DNA of 64,000 bases from Dehalococcoidia bacterium (GTDB lineage: Bacteria; Chloroflexota; Dehalococcoidia; UBA2979), in assembly GCA_965219085.1 (NCBI GenBank), contig OZ244720.1:2976001-3040000 (forward strand). The letters run 5' to 3'. Below the pieces are notes generated by a model that saw only the letters and a list, made by a program, of their open reading frames with translations, had not been told where the DNA came from and made no database searches. A program made the position numbers and the translations under genes. This document shows, piece after piece, positions 27,752-38,360 of the stretch. Position 1 is the first letter of the stretch; each line of letters opens with the position of its first letter.

Positions 27752-28662
27752 GAGGCGTCCGGGAGCGGCTCGCCGGTGATCAGCCGGTATGCCTCCGTGT
27801 AGCGCTGCGAGCTCGCCTCGACGACCTCGGGGGGCAGCTCGGGCGCGGGCGGCTCGCGGTTCCAGCCGGTGCCGCTCGCCCAGTCGCGGACGTACTGCTT
27901 GTCGAACGAGGGCTGGCCGTGGCCCGCCTGATAGCCATCCATGGGCCAGAAGCGCGACGAGTCCGGGGTGAGCGCCTCGTCGATGAGCGTGATCTCGCCG
28001 TCGATGATGCCGAACTCGAACTTCGTGTCGGCGATGATGATGCCGCGCTCCTCGGCGACGCTCGCCGCGTAGCGGTACAGCGCGAGCGAGCGCAGCTTCA
28101 CGACGTTGGCCGTGTCCTCGCCGATGAGGTCCACGACCTCCTGGAAGGTCATCGGCATGTCGTGGCCGGTCTCGGCCTTGGTCGTGGGCGTGAAGATCGG
28201 GTCGAACAGCTGCTGCGACTCGATGAGGCCCCCGGGCAGCACGACGCCGCAGACCGACCCGGACTGCCGGTACTCGGCCCAGCCCGAGCCGGTGATGTAG
28301 CCGCGCACGACGCACTCGACGGGCAGCGGCTGCGCCTTCCTGACGATCATCGAGCGCCCCGCCAGCCCGGCCTCCCCGGCGTTCACGGGCGTGCCGCCGA
28401 GGTCGAGCGTGTCGCCGGCCTCGACGACGGAGATCATGTGGTTGGGGACTACGTCGGCGGTGCGCCCGAACCAGTGGGCGGAGAGGCGCGTGAGCACCTC
28501 GCCCTTACGGGGGACACCGGTCGGCATCACGACGTCGTAGGTGGAGACACGGTCGGTGGCGACCATGAGCAGGCGGTCCTCGCCGAGGTCGTAGAGCTCG
28601 CGCACCTTGCCCTCGTGCATCTTGCCGGGCAGGTCGCTGCGCAGCATCACCGGTGCGGTCAT
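27748..28662 (-). CDS. purC: SAICAR synthase
   Basis: GKVRELY, ECVVRGY, ADTKFEFG, DEALTPDSSRFW, SFDKQ. Confidence 0.97.
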   Translation of the reverse strand: MTAPVMLRSDLPGKMHEGKVRELYDLGEDRLLMVATDRVSTYDVVMPTGVPRKGEVLTRLSAHWFGRTADVVPNHMISVVEAGDTLDLGGTPVNAGEAGLAGRSMIVRKAQPLPVECVVRGYITGSGWAEYRQSGSVCGVVLPGGLIESQQLFDPIFTPTTKAETGHDMPMTFQEVVDLIGEDTANVVKLRSLALYRYAASVAEERGIIIADTKFEFGIIDGEITLIDEALTPDSSRFWPMDGYQAGHGQPSFDKQYVRDWASGTGWNREPPAPELPPEVVEASSQRYTEAYRLITGEPLPDAS

Positions 28663-28707
28663 CGTGCGTCCTCTCCGTGGGTGTGTCGGTTCATCGTGGT
28701 GCGTGCG

Positions 28708-30003
28708 TCACGCGAGCCCGATGCGGGCGAACGTGGCGTCGACGTGCTCGAGGTAGGCCTCGACGTCGAACAGCGCCTCGAGCGCGTCGGCGTCGAGGAG
28801 TTCGCCCACGTCGTCGTCCTCCTGCAGCAGGCCGAGCAGCGGCGTCTCCTCGCCGAGGGCCTGGAGCGAGCGGCGCTGGACGATGGCGTACGCGCCCTCG
28901 CGGCTCAGCCCGGCCTCGATCAGCGCGAGCAGCACCTTCTGCGAGAACACGAGCCCCTGTGTCGCGTCGAGGTTGCGGCGCATGCGCTCCGGGTAGACCT
29001 CGAGGCCTGCCACCACGCCGGTGAAGATGTGCAGCATGTACGAGAGCAGCCCCGTCGCGTCGGGGAACACGATGCGTTCGACCGAGCTGTGCGAGATGTC
29101 GCGCTCGTGCCACAGCGCGACGTTCTCGAGGCCGGCCGAGGCGTAGCCGCGCAGCGTGCGCGCGAGCCCGGCGACGCGCTCGCACAGCTCCGGGTTGCGC
29201 TTGTGCGGCATCGAGGACGACCCGGTCTGCCCCTCCGCGAACGGCTCGGCGACCTCGGCGATCTCGGTGCGCTGAAGGCCCCGGATCTCGGTCGCGAACT
29301 TCTCGAGCGACGCTCCGAGACCGGCGAGGACCGAGAGGAAGAAGGCGTGGCGGTCGCGCTGGATGACCTGCGTGGTCACCTCGGCGACGCGCAGGCCGAG
29401 CAGGCGGCAGGCCCGCTCCTCGACCTCGGGCGGCACGGTGGCGTGCGTGCCGACGGGGCCCGACATCTGCCCGACGCCGGCGGTGTCGCGCGCGCCCTGC
29501 AGCCGCTCGGCGTGGCGGTCGAGCTCGGCGACCCACACGGCGAGCTTCAGTCCGAACGTCGTCGGCTCGGCGTGCATGCCGTGGGTGCGCCCGGCGCAGA
29601 CCGAGCGCTTGTGCTCGACGGCGCGCCGCGCCACGGCGTCGCGCAGGGCGCGGACCTGGCCAGCGATCACGTCGGCCGCCGCGATGAGCTGGAGCGACGT
29701 GGCCGTGTCCCACACGTCGTTCGAGGTCAGCCCGTAGTGGACCCAGCGCGACTCCTCGCCGAGCGAGTCGGCGACGGAGCGCAGGAACGCGGTCACGTCG
29801 TGGTGCGTCTCCTCGATGTAGCCCCCGATGTCGTCGACGTTGATGGTGGCGTCCTCGGCGATCCGCTCGGCGTCCTCGGGTGGCACGACGCCGATCTCGG
29901 CCCACGCCTGGGTGACGGCGATCTCGACCTCGAGCCAGCGCTGGAACTTGTAGGCGTCGGTCCAGATATCGGCGATTTCGGGGCGTGAGTAGCGCGGGAT
30001 CAT
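28708..30003 (-). CDS. purB: Adenylosuccinate lyase
   Basis: MIPRYSRP, HYGLTSND, GRTHG, GSSSMPHKRNP. Confidence 0.97.
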   Translation of the reverse strand: MIPRYSRPEIADIWTDAYKFQRWLEVEIAVTQAWAEIGVVPPEDAERIAEDATINVDDIGGYIEETHHDVTAFLRSVADSLGEESRWVHYGLTSNDVWDTATSLQLIAAADVIAGQVRALRDAVARRAVEHKRSVCAGRTHGMHAEPTTFGLKLAVWVAELDRHAERLQGARDTAGVGQMSGPVGTHATVPPEVEERACRLLGLRVAEVTTQVIQRDRHAFFLSVLAGLGASLEKFATEIRGLQRTEIAEVAEPFAEGQTGSSSMPHKRNPELCERVAGLARTLRGYASAGLENVALWHERDISHSSVERIVFPDATGLLSYMLHIFTGVVAGLEVYPERMRRNLDATQGLVFSQKVLLALIEAGLSREGAYAIVQRRSLQALGEETPLLGLLQEDDDVGELLDADALEALFDVEAYLEHVDATFARIGLA

Positions 30004-30012
30004 CGGCTGCCC

Positions 30013-30351
30013 CTAGTCGTTCGCGAACTCTTCGCGGACCGGCGAGAACGCCTCGATCAGCGTGACCGCGTCGAGAGCGACGACGTGGTGCGGGACGTCG
30101 CCGGGGATGAGGTACGAGTCGCCCGGCCCGAGCTCGCGGTCGATGTCGCCGATGCGGAAGTGGACGCGGCCCGAGCCGACGTGGCCGACCTGCTCGTGGG
30201 GATGGGTGTGCTCGGGCACCTCGGCGCCCGGTGCGATGCGGATCTCGACGAACGTGATGCGGTCGCCGGAGACGAGCGTGCGGCGCACGACCCCCGGGAA
30301 CTGGTCGACGGGGTTGAGAGCGTCGTAGGTGCGGGTGCGAGGTTCGGTCAT
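30013..30351 (-). CDS. Cupin domain protein
   Basis: PEHTHPHEQ, IPGDVPH, FSPVRE. Confidence 0.88.
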   Translation of the reverse strand: MTEPRTRTYDALNPVDQFPGVVRRTLVSGDRITFVEIRIAPGAEVPEHTHPHEQVGHVGSGRVHFRIGDIDRELGPGDSYLIPGDVPHHVVALDAVTLIEAFSPVREEFAND

Positions 30352-30376
30352 CGGTCCTCGGTCGGCTTGTGCCTGG

Positions 30377-30856
30377 TTAGCGCCGGGCCTGCTCCGCGCG
30401 GTAGGCGTCGACCGCCTGCGCGATGTCCGGGTGGCTGAGCGCGAGGATGCGCGCGGTGTAGACGGCGGCGTTGCGCGCGCCCCACGTGCCCACCGCCATG
30501 GTAGCGACCGGCACCCCGGGCGGCATCTGCACGATCGCGTACAGCGCGTCGATGCCTTCGAGCGCCGACGACGCCAGCGGCACGCCGATCACGGGCAGCG
30601 GCGTGTAGGCGGCGATCACGCCGGGCAGCGCCGCCGCGCCGCCCGCGCCCGCCACGATCACCTCGATGCCCGCGTCCTTCGCGCCGACCGAATAGTCACG
30701 CACCACGTCCGGGGTGCGGTGCGCCGACATGACGTGCTGCTCGTACGCGATGCCGAGGCGCTCGAGCAACTCGCCGCAGCCGGACATCGCCTCCTCGTCG
30801 GAGCGCGAGCCCATCAGGATGGCGACGAGCGGGGTGGCGTTGCTGTCGGTCGTCAT
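30377..30856 (-). CDS. purE: N5-CAIR mutase
   Basis: [27 protein letters not shown]. Confidence 0.96.
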   Translation of the reverse strand: MTTDSNATPLVAILMGSRSDEEAMSGCGELLERLGIAYEQHVMSAHRTPDVVRDYSVGAKDAGIEVIVAGAGGAAALPGVIAAYTPLPVIGVPLASSALEGIDALYAIVQMPPGVPVATMAVGTWGARNAAVYTARILALSHPDIAQAVDAYRAEQARR

Positions 30857-30866
30857 CGAGTAGCCC

Positions 30867-31271
30867 TCATCTCATCGTGCCGCCGCCGAGCATCGGGTCG
30901 GGCCCGGCGATGATCTGGGCGAGGCCGCGGCAGACGGCCGCGACCTCGTGACGGTCCGCGAACGCGGCGCCCCCGCCTGTGTCCTCGGTCACGTGCAGGT
31001 TCGAGCGCACGACGGAGGCGAGTTCGTCCTGGTCGGCCTCGCGGACGCGTCGCCGCACCTCCTCGTCGCGGACACGGATGTTGCGGATCACGAACTCGCG
31101 CTCACCGGCGAGGCTCTGCATCACCGCGTCGACCATGCCCTCGGCGTGAAGCCACGCCGCCACGAAGTGGAGGCACGGCGTGCTGATGCGCGTCGACTTG
31201 GTGGACCAGAAATGCTCCTCGAGCGACTGGCGGCACTCAGGCATCGGGCAGCGCAGCGGTGACGGGCTCAT
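30867..31271 (-). CDS. Hypothetical protein with putative Zn-binding N-terminus
   Basis: CPMPEC...H...PCLH; co-oriented between purD and purE with SD. Confidence 0.7.
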   Translation of the reverse strand: MSPSPLRCPMPECRQSLEEHFWSTKSTRISTPCLHFVAAWLHAEGMVDAVMQSLAGEREFVIRNIRVRDEEVRRRVREADQDELASVVRSNLHVTEDTGGGAAFADRHEVAAVCRGLAQIIAGPDPMLGGGTMR

Positions 31272-31278
31272 CGTGCTC

Positions 31279-32571
31279 CTACAGGCCTCGCCCGCTCGCG
31301 ACGCGAGCCGGCGCGGCGATGTCCGTGCGGTAGTGCGCGCCCTCGAAGTGGATGCGGCGCACGTTGTCGTAGGCGCGCTCGCGCGCCTCGCCGAGCGTCG
31401 GCGCCTTCGCGACCACGCACAACACCCGCCCGCCCGCGGTCACCAGGGTCCCGTCCGCGTCGCGTCCGGCGCCCGCGAGGAACACCTCCACGTCACCGTC
31501 GACATCCTCGACGCCGGTGATCGGCACGCCGGTCTCGTAGCTCCCCGGATAGCCGCCGGACGCCATCACGACGCCGACCGTAGCGTCGTCGTCCCAGGCG
31601 ACGGGCGCCTCGGCGAGGTGGCCGTGCGCGACGCCCTCGCAGATGGTGAGCAGGTCCGAGGTCAGTCGCGGGAGCAACGCCTGGGTCTCCGGGTCGCCGA
31701 AGCGGGAGTTGAACTCGATCACCTTCGGGCCGTCGGCGGTCACCATCATGCCGGGGTAGAGCACGCCGCGGTACGCGCGGCGGGCGGCGGCGAGAGCGGC
31801 GACGGTGCGCTCGGTCACCTCGTGCTCGATCCATGCCGCGTCGTCGTCCGCGAGCCAGCCGGGTGGCGAGTAGACGCCCATGCCGCCGGTGTTGGGACCA
31901 TCGTCACCGTCGAACACCGGCTTGTAGTCGCAGCTGAAGGGCATGTGCGCCACCGTCGTGCCGTCGGTGAACGCGTGCGCCGAGGTCTCCGGGCCGCTCA
32001 GGCGCTCCTCGATGAGGACGCGTGCGCCAGCGTCGCCGAACGCGCGCCCAAGCATCGCCGCCTCGATTGCCGCGGCGGCTTCCTCGGTCGTATCGCAGAC
32101 CACGACGCCCTTGCCGGCGGCGAGCCCGTCGGCCTTGACGACGCACGCCCCGCCCCGGCTGTGCGCGTAGGCGATCGCCTGGTCGAAGTCCTCGAACATG
32201 GCGGCGCGGGCGGTAGGGATCGCTGCGCCGGTCATGAGCTCCTTCGCAAACGACTTCGACCACTCGATCTCGGCCGCCGCGCGCGCGGGGCCGAACACCG
32301 GCACGCCCTCGTCGCTCAGCGCGTCGGCGACCCCGCGGGCGAGCGGCGCCTCCGGCCCGACCACGACGAGGTCGGCGCGCAGCCGCTGAGCCGCTGCAAC
32401 GACGGCGCCGGGATGATCGATGTCGAGCGTGTCCAGGGTGTCGCCGTACTCGGCCATGCCGGGGTTGCCCGGCGCGCTCGTGAGCGCGCCGAGGCTCGGC
32501 GACTGCGCGAGCTTCCACGCGATAGCGTGCTCGCGGCCTCCGCCGCCGAGGAGCAGGACGTTCGTGCTCAT
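31279..32571 (-). CDS. purD: Phosphoribosylamine-glycine ligase
   Basis: GGGGREHA, KADGLAAGKGV, GPNTGGMG, EFNSRFGDPE. Confidence 0.97.
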   Translation of the reverse strand: MSTNVLLLGGGGREHAIAWKLAQSPSLGALTSAPGNPGMAEYGDTLDTLDIDHPGAVVAAAQRLRADLVVVGPEAPLARGVADALSDEGVPVFGPARAAAEIEWSKSFAKELMTGAAIPTARAAMFEDFDQAIAYAHSRGGACVVKADGLAAGKGVVVCDTTEEAAAAIEAAMLGRAFGDAGARVLIEERLSGPETSAHAFTDGTTVAHMPFSCDYKPVFDGDDGPNTGGMGVYSPPGWLADDDAAWIEHEVTERTVAALAAARRAYRGVLYPGMMVTADGPKVIEFNSRFGDPETQALLPRLTSDLLTICEGVAHGHLAEAPVAWDDDATVGVVMASGGYPGSYETGVPITGVEDVDGDVEVFLAGAGRDADGTLVTAGGRVLCVVAKAPTLGEARERAYDNVRRIHFEGAHYRTDIAAPARVASGRGL

Positions 32572-32602
32572 CGACGGTGGGTCCAGCGTGCTCGCACTCG
32601 TG

Positions 32603-34294
32603 CTACTCCCATTCGATCGTGCCGGGCGGCTTCGAGGTGATGTCGTAGACCACGCGGTTGACCTCGGGCACCTCGTTGACGATGCGGCGCGAGATCGTGG
32701 CGAGGAGGTCGTAGGGGAGCCGCGCCCAGTCCGCCGTCATCGCGTCCTCCGCCGTCACGCAGCGCAGCGCGACGCAGAAGCCGTAGGTGCGGCCGTCGCC
32801 CTGCACGCCGACGGTGCGGGTGTCGGTCAGCACGGCGAACGACTGCCAGAGGTCGTAGTACATCGCCGCGCCCTTGATCTCGTCCATCACTATCCAGTCG
32901 GCGCGACGCAGGATGTCGAGCTTGGGCGGGGTCACCTCGCCAATCACGCGGATCGCGAGGCCGGGGCCGGGGTACGGCTGCCGAAACACCATCTCGTCGG
33001 GCAGGCCCAACTCGGTGCCGACGCGGCGTACCTCATCCTTGAACAGGTTGCGCAGCGGCTCGATGAGCGAGAGCTCCATGTCCTTGGGCAGCCCGCCGAC
33101 GTTGTGGTGCGTCTTGATCTTCGCCGTTGCGTTCGTGCCGGTGGAGGCTGACTCGATGACGTCGGGGTACGTCGTGCCCTGCACGATGTAGTTCACGGCG
33201 CCGATGCCGCGCGCCTGCTCCTCGAACACGCGGATGAAGGTCTCGCCGATGCGCATCCGCTTCGTCTCCGGGTTCGTCACCTCGGCGAGGTCGGCGAGGA
33301 AGCGCTCGGAGGCGTTGACGTGGCGAAGGTCGATCGACATGTGCTCGCGGAACGTCGAGACGACGCGCTCGGGCTCCTCGGCGCGCATCAGGCCGTTGTC
33401 GACGAAGATGCACGTCAGCTTGTCGCCGACGGCGGCATGCACGATCGCGGCTGCGACCGCCGAGTCGACGCCGCCGGAGAGCGCGCAGATCACGCGCCCC
33501 GTGCCCACCTGCCGCTCGATCGTGCTCACCGACTCGTCGATGAACGAGGCGGCCGTCCAGTCGCCTGCGCAGCGCGCGACCTCGAACAGGAAGTTGTGCA
33601 GCAACTGGCCGCCCTGCGGCGTGTGCACCACCTCCGGGTGGAACTGGATGCCGAGGTGGCCCGCCTCGTCGGCCATCGCGGCCACGGGCGAGTCGTCGGA
33701 GTAGGCGACGGCGCGGAAGCCCGGCGGCATCTCGACGATGCGGTCGGCGTGCGACATCCACACCGGCATGCTGGCCGGCAGGTCGTGCAGGAGCGGGTTG
33801 GTGGGCTCCGAGAGCGTGATCACGGCGTGGCCGTACTCGCGCCTCGACGCCGGGGCGACGCGCCCGCCGAGCGCCTGCGCGAGCAGCTGCATCCCGTAGC
33901 AGATGCCGAGCACCGGCAGCCGCGAGCCGACGACGTACGCGGGGAGCGTCGGTGCGCCCTCGTCGTACACGGACGCGGGGCCGCCGGACAGGATGAAGCC
34001 CCGGACCTTGAGATGCGACAGCTTCTCGGGCGGCGTGTCCCAGGGGACGAGCTCGGAGTAGACGCCGGCCTCGCGGATGCGGCGCGTGATGAGCATCGAG
34101 TACTGCGAGCCGTAGTCGAGGACGACGATGGTCTCGGGCGCGTTCGGGGCGGGCGTGAGCAACTGGCCCGGCTCGCGCGCCTCGGCGATCTCGAGGTACG
34201 TGCTGACCTCGCTGTCGCCTGACGTGCGGATACGATCGCCGGTGGGAGCGGCTGTTGGAGCAGCCAGTGGAGTCGCGTCGGTAGCCTCGGCCAT
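32603..34294 (-). CDS. guaA: GMP synthase
   Basis: [35 protein letters not shown]; start inferred. Confidence 0.96.
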   Translation of the reverse strand: MAEATDATPLAAPTAAPTGDRIRTSGDSEVSTYLEIAEAREPGQLLTPAPNAPETIVVLDYGSQYSMLITRRIREAGVYSELVPWDTPPEKLSHLKVRGFILSGGPASVYDEGAPTLPAYVVGSRLPVLGICYGMQLLAQALGGRVAPASRREYGHAVITLSEPTNPLLHDLPASMPVWMSHADRIVEMPPGFRAVAYSDDSPVAAMADEAGHLGIQFHPEVVHTPQGGQLLHNFLFEVARCAGDWTAASFIDESVSTIERQVGTGRVICALSGGVDSAVAAAIVHAAVGDKLTCIFVDNGLMRAEEPERVVSTFREHMSIDLRHVNASERFLADLAEVTNPETKRMRIGETFIRVFEEQARGIGAVNYIVQGTTYPDVIESASTGTNATAKIKTHHNVGGLPKDMELSLIEPLRNLFKDEVRRVGTELGLPDEMVFRQPYPGPGLAIRVIGEVTPPKLDILRRADWIVMDEIKGAAMYYDLWQSFAVLTDTRTVGVQGDGRTYGFCVALRCVTAEDAMTADWARLPYDLLATISRRIVNEVPEVNRVVYDITSKPPGTIEWE

Positions 34295-34437
34295 CGAGCC
34301 CTGAGTGTGCGGGGAGCCCGTCGAGGCCAAATCGTATCGGCGCGCTATAGTCCGGTCAACGAACGATATGCGTGAAGGGCGTGCAAGCGCGTGCACCCGC
34401 GACATAACAGCCGATGGGCCGCTGCCTCCCGCCGCCG

Positions 34438-35067
34438 ATGCATCCTGACACCGCAGTGACGATCCTCGGTCCCGAACACGTCAAGAAGATCGTGCGCGCG
34501 CTGCGCAAAGGCGAGGTCGTGGGCATCCCGACCGACACCGTCTACGGCCTCGCCGCCATGCCCAACGACGCCGAAGCGGTGAGCAAGCTGGCCGGGCTCA
34601 AGGGCCGCTCGGACCAGCAGCCGATCGCCGTCCTCTTCGACGACATCGGGGGCGTCGCGCCGTACGTCGAGGACTCCTCGGCGTTGGCCCGGCTGGCGCC
34701 GTTCTGGCCCGGCGCGCTCACCGCCGTCTTACGGGCGCGCGATGGTCTCGCGACGGGCGCGCTCACCCGGCTCGGGACGCTCGGCCTGCGCCAACCCGAC
34801 GATGACCTCGCGCGCTCGGTCATTCGGGCGTGCGGTGGTGCGCTGGCGGTGAGCAGCGCGAACCGCACGGGCGAGCCGCCCGCGCTGAGCGCCGCCGAGG
34901 TCGTCTCGGCGTTCGGCGAGTCGCTGCTCGTGCTCGACGGGGGCGAACGCCCCGGCGGGACCGCCTCGACGGTGGTCAACCTTGCGGTCGACCCGCCGGA
35001 GGTGCTGCGCGAGGGGCCGATCGACGCGGCCGAGGTGCTGGCCGCCCTGGCCGGAGGTGAGCGCTAG
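34438..35067 (+). CDS. tsaC: L-threonylcarbamoyladenylate synthase (short YrdC type)
   Basis: [21 protein letters not shown]. Confidence 0.9.
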   Translation: MHPDTAVTILGPEHVKKIVRALRKGEVVGIPTDTVYGLAAMPNDAEAVSKLAGLKGRSDQQPIAVLFDDIGGVAPYVEDSSALARLAPFWPGALTAVLRARDGLATGALTRLGTLGLRQPDDDLARSVIRACGGALAVSSANRTGEPPALSAAEVVSAFGESLLVLDGGERPGGTASTVVNLAVDPPEVLREGPIDAAEVLAALAGGER

Positions 35068-35324
35068 CCTGCCGCCAGCAGGATCCCGGTGGCGATGCTG
35101 ATGACCGCGGTGAGAAACGCAGCGACAGCTCCAGCCACCGTGTAGAGGCGAACTGTTCCCCGCTGCTCGAGCGCGCGCAGTTCGCTCTGGAGCACCGCGT
35201 TCGTAACGAGGTCACCGGAGAGGCTGCCGGAGAACGCGGTCACGAGCGCGTCAGCCTGAGTCTCGTCGAAGCCAGCATCCCGGAGGTGTCGTGACGCCTT
35301 CAGCGTGTCGAACATCATCGCCAT
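35064..35324 (-). CDS. DUF1640/CCDC90-like small membrane-anchored protein
   Basis: FDTLKASRHLRDAGFDETQADA, C-terminal TM helix. Confidence 0.7.
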   Translation of the reverse strand: MAMMFDTLKASRHLRDAGFDETQADALVTAFSGSLSGDLVTNAVLQSELRALEQRGTVRLYTVAGAVAAFLTAVISIATGILLAAG

Positions 35325-35482
35325 GTATCGATCCTGCGTGCCGGTGGGAGCAGCCGCAGTGCAATAGTACCGCTCCAACGGTGAGGTGAGGTAGCGGCGT
35401 TCGCCGATTTGAGCGTCACCGACCGATCGGGGTGCTAGGGTGCGCGAGGCCGCCACGCTCCCGGTGACCGAGAGGTCCGCGC

Positions 35483-37168
35483 ATGAGCCTCCCCTCGATC
35501 GGTGACCTCCCGCTCCAGCAGCGACGCATCATCCGTGCCTGGTGCATGTACGACTGGGCCAACTCGGCGTTCGCGACCAGTCTCGCGGCCATCGTCCCCG
35601 TCTACTTCGTCTTCCTCTTCAAGGACGCCGTCGGCGAGGGCGGGACGGTCCTCGGCATCTTCACCGGGAGTTCGATGTGGAGCCTCGGGGTCGCGCTGTC
35701 GACGGGGTTCGTGGCGTTCTCGAGCCCCGTCATTGGCGTGATCGCGGACCGCGTGGCCATACGACGGGTGCTGCTGGGGACGTACACCACGATCGGCTCG
35801 GTCTTCACGGCGCTGGCGTTCTTCTCGCCGTTCGCGCCCGAGCCGTGGATCTGGATGTTCGTGACGTTCTCGGTTGCCAACGTCGGCTTCGTCGGCAGCC
35901 TCGTGTTCTACAACTCGTTCCTCCCACACCTCGGCCCGAGGCACCTGCTCGACGACATCAGCAGCCGGGGGTACGCCACCGGCTACCTCGGCGGCGGGCT
36001 GCTGCTCGTGGTGCACCTCGCGTTCATCCTCGCGACGCGGGACACGGACCTCGCCGACCTCACGACGCGCCTCGCGATCGTGTCGGTGGGTGTGTGGTGG
36101 TTCGGGTGGGCGATCTGGACGCTGCGGGTGGTGCCCGAGCCGCCGGTGCAGGGCTCCGAGGAGCGACTGACGCCCGTCTCGGCGGTCGCGATCGGGTTCC
36201 GGGAGCTGCGGCGGACGCTCGGCGAGATCACGCGATTTCGTGTGACGGTGGTGTTCCTGGTCGCCTACCTGCTGTTCAACGACGGGATCTCGACCGTGAC
36301 CGCGATCGCCGGCGCGTACGCCGCCGACACGCTCGCTATCCCCCTCGTCTTCAACATGGGCACGGTCGCCACGATCCAGTTCGTCGCCGTGCCCGGAGCG
36401 CTCGCGTTCGCGTGGCTCGCCGACCGCATCACGACGAAGTCCGCGCTCATCGTCGCGCTGGTGGCGTGGGTGGGCATCGTGCTGATGGGCGTCTCGCTCG
36501 CGCCGCTGCCACCGACCGAGCACGACGACTTCGACTTCCAGTTCGCCTACCGCGAGGCATCCGCCGACTACGTCGCCGAGGTGGCGCCGGACTTCGACGA
36601 CGGCTACGAGCTGCGCGGGCGCGACCAGTACTGGCGCATCGAGGAGGGCTACGCCTTCCGCACGTCGGCGATCGAGGGTCTGGCCCAGGCATTCCGCGAC
36701 ACTGACGATGTCGAGTACGCGGTGTCGATCCGCGGTGGGCCGCTCGACGGCGACTCGGGGGTCGGGGAGGCGCACCCTTCGGTCCTGGGCGACGGGCCGG
36801 TCGACTGGTGGCCGTTGCTGGCGCGGGACCTGGCGTGGGAGCCACTGGGGCTGGGCGTCGGGCCGCAGTGGCTGCTGCTCGGCGTGATGGTGGGATGGGT
36901 CATTGGCGGCAGCCAGGCGCTGGCGCGCAGCCTGTTCGCGCAGATCACGCCCGAGCGCCGCAGCGGGGAGTTCTTCGCGTTCTTCGGGTTCATCGGGCGC
37001 GCCTCGTCGGTGTTCGGGCCGACGATCTACATCGCGGCGACGGCGCTGTTCGACACGCGCGTCGCGGTGATGTCGATCCTGTTCATCATCGTCGCCGGGA
37101 CCATCGTGTTGCGGTGGGTGGACGTGGACGAGGGCGTGCGCATCGCCGCCGAGGAGGACGCGCGGTAG
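35483..37168 (+). CDS. MFS transporter, UMF1/Atg22-like
   Basis: WCMYDWANSAF, FYNSFLP, NDGIST, GGSQALARS. Confidence 0.9.
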   Translation: MSLPSIGDLPLQQRRIIRAWCMYDWANSAFATSLAAIVPVYFVFLFKDAVGEGGTVLGIFTGSSMWSLGVALSTGFVAFSSPVIGVIADRVAIRRVLLGTYTTIGSVFTALAFFSPFAPEPWIWMFVTFSVANVGFVGSLVFYNSFLPHLGPRHLLDDISSRGYATGYLGGGLLLVVHLAFILATRDTDLADLTTRLAIVSVGVWWFGWAIWTLRVVPEPPVQGSEERLTPVSAVAIGFRELRRTLGEITRFRVTVVFLVAYLLFNDGISTVTAIAGAYAADTLAIPLVFNMGTVATIQFVAVPGALAFAWLADRITTKSALIVALVAWVGIVLMGVSLAPLPPTEHDDFDFQFAYREASADYVAEVAPDFDDGYELRGRDQYWRIEEGYAFRTSAIEGLAQAFRDTDDVEYAVSIRGGPLDGDSGVGEAHPSVLGDGPVDWWPLLARDLAWEPLGLGVGPQWLLLGVMVGWVIGGSQALARSLFAQITPERRSGEFFAFFGFIGRASSVFGPTIYIAATALFDTRVAVMSILFIIVAGTIVLRWVDVDEGVRIAAEEDAR

Positions 37169-37189
37169 GCACCGAAGTAGACGGACGAA

Positions 37190-37467
37190 CCGCGTATCCT
37201 GAGGGCGGTGGCGCTGGAGGACGGTGAAGACGATCCTCAACGCGTTGCTCGATAGGAACTTCCGAAGGGCAGGCGCGTCATGAAGGTCACGCATGATCCC
37301 GAGACCGACATGATGTACGTCGAATTCGAGGATCGGCCGAGCCTGAGTCGTTTGAACTGTGCGACGGGATTGTGGTCGATCTCGACGCCGGCGAGCACGT
37401 CATTGGCATCGAGGTGGAGTGGGCGTCGCGCAAGCTCAACGTGGAGCGACTCAAGGGCAGCACTTGA
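37190..37467 (+). pseudogene. Decayed toxin fragment plus frameshifted DUF2283 antitoxin
   Basis: Remnant RILRAVALEDG/TILNALLDRNF ending TGA 37281-37283; MKVTHDPETDMMYVEF then shift to ...VVDLDAGEHVIGIEV..., stop 37465-37467. Confidence 0.7.
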
Positions 37468-37525
37468 GTCGGCGGCCGCCGCCCGCCGGGCGTGAGTACG
37501 CGCGGCTCGCTATCATCGCCGCACC

Positions 37526-38296
37526 ATGGGATTCATCCACGACCGACTCGACATGTCCGGCCGCGTCGCCATCGTCACAGGCGGCGGACGTAACCTCGGG
37601 CGCGGCATCGCGCTCGGCCTCGCCGACGCAGGGGCCGCGGTCGTCATCGCTGAGATCGACGAGGACACCGGCCCGGCGATGGAGCGAGAGCTGCGCGACG
37701 CCAGCCACGACGCGCTCTTCATCCACACCAACGTCCGCGACGCTGACTCCGTCGAGGCGCTGATTGCAGGCGCCGTCGAGCGCTTCGGGCGGCTCGACGT
37801 GATGGTCGCGAACGCCGGTGGCATGTTCCGCGCGGACGCGCTCGACATCTCGAAGCGCGGGTTCGAGGCGGTGATTGACCTCAACCTCATCGGCACGTGG
37901 CTCTGCGGAACGGCCGCCGCCCGCGCGATGATCGAGGGAGGGCGCGGAGGCAGCATCGTAAACGTGTCCTCGCAGAACGCGCTCTACGGCGCGCTGGGCG
38001 GTGCGCACTACGGTGCTGCCAAAGCCGGCATCCTCGGCCTCACGCGCTCCGTCGCCGCCGAGTGGGCCGAGCATGGCATCCGTGTCAACGCCGTCGCGCC
38101 GGGCGGCCGGCAGGCGCGGGCGGGCTCCGCCCCCGAGGCGGGGCAGCTCGTCGGAGGCGGCGAGCCCGAGTACATCGAGAACGTCGCCGCGGCGGCGGTC
38201 TACCTCGCCTCGGACCTCGCGAGCTGGGTGACCGGCCACACGCTCGTCGTGGACGACGGCGGCACGTTCACGAACGCCGCGCCGCGCGGCGCGTAG
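37526..38296 (+). CDS. SDR family oxidoreductase
   Basis: TGGGRNLG, NAG, YGAAK, RVNAVAPG. Confidence 0.93.
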   Translation: MGFIHDRLDMSGRVAIVTGGGRNLGRGIALGLADAGAAVVIAEIDEDTGPAMERELRDASHDALFIHTNVRDADSVEALIAGAVERFGRLDVMVANAGGMFRADALDISKRGFEAVIDLNLIGTWLCGTAAARAMIEGGRGGSIVNVSSQNALYGALGGAHYGAAKAGILGLTRSVAAEWAEHGIRVNAVAPGGRQARAGSAPEAGQLVGGGEPEYIENVAAAAVYLASDLASWVTGHTLVVDDGGTFTNAAPRGA

Positions 38297-38360
38297 GCGG
38301 ATTCGACGCAACCCGGCCCCCCGCGAGCCGTACCGTTGTGTGGAGTACGATCGGCGGGTT

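Noticed and set aside
32568-32612. Additional relay ORFs guaA-purD and murE-aminotransferase (12808-12849)
   Set aside because: Their starts arise from the shared EWE* ending with a 10-nt overlap; plausibly chance
34295-34437. Purine riboswitch upstream of guaA
   Set aside because: Conserved aptamer core not found on the - strand; looks like a divergent promoter region
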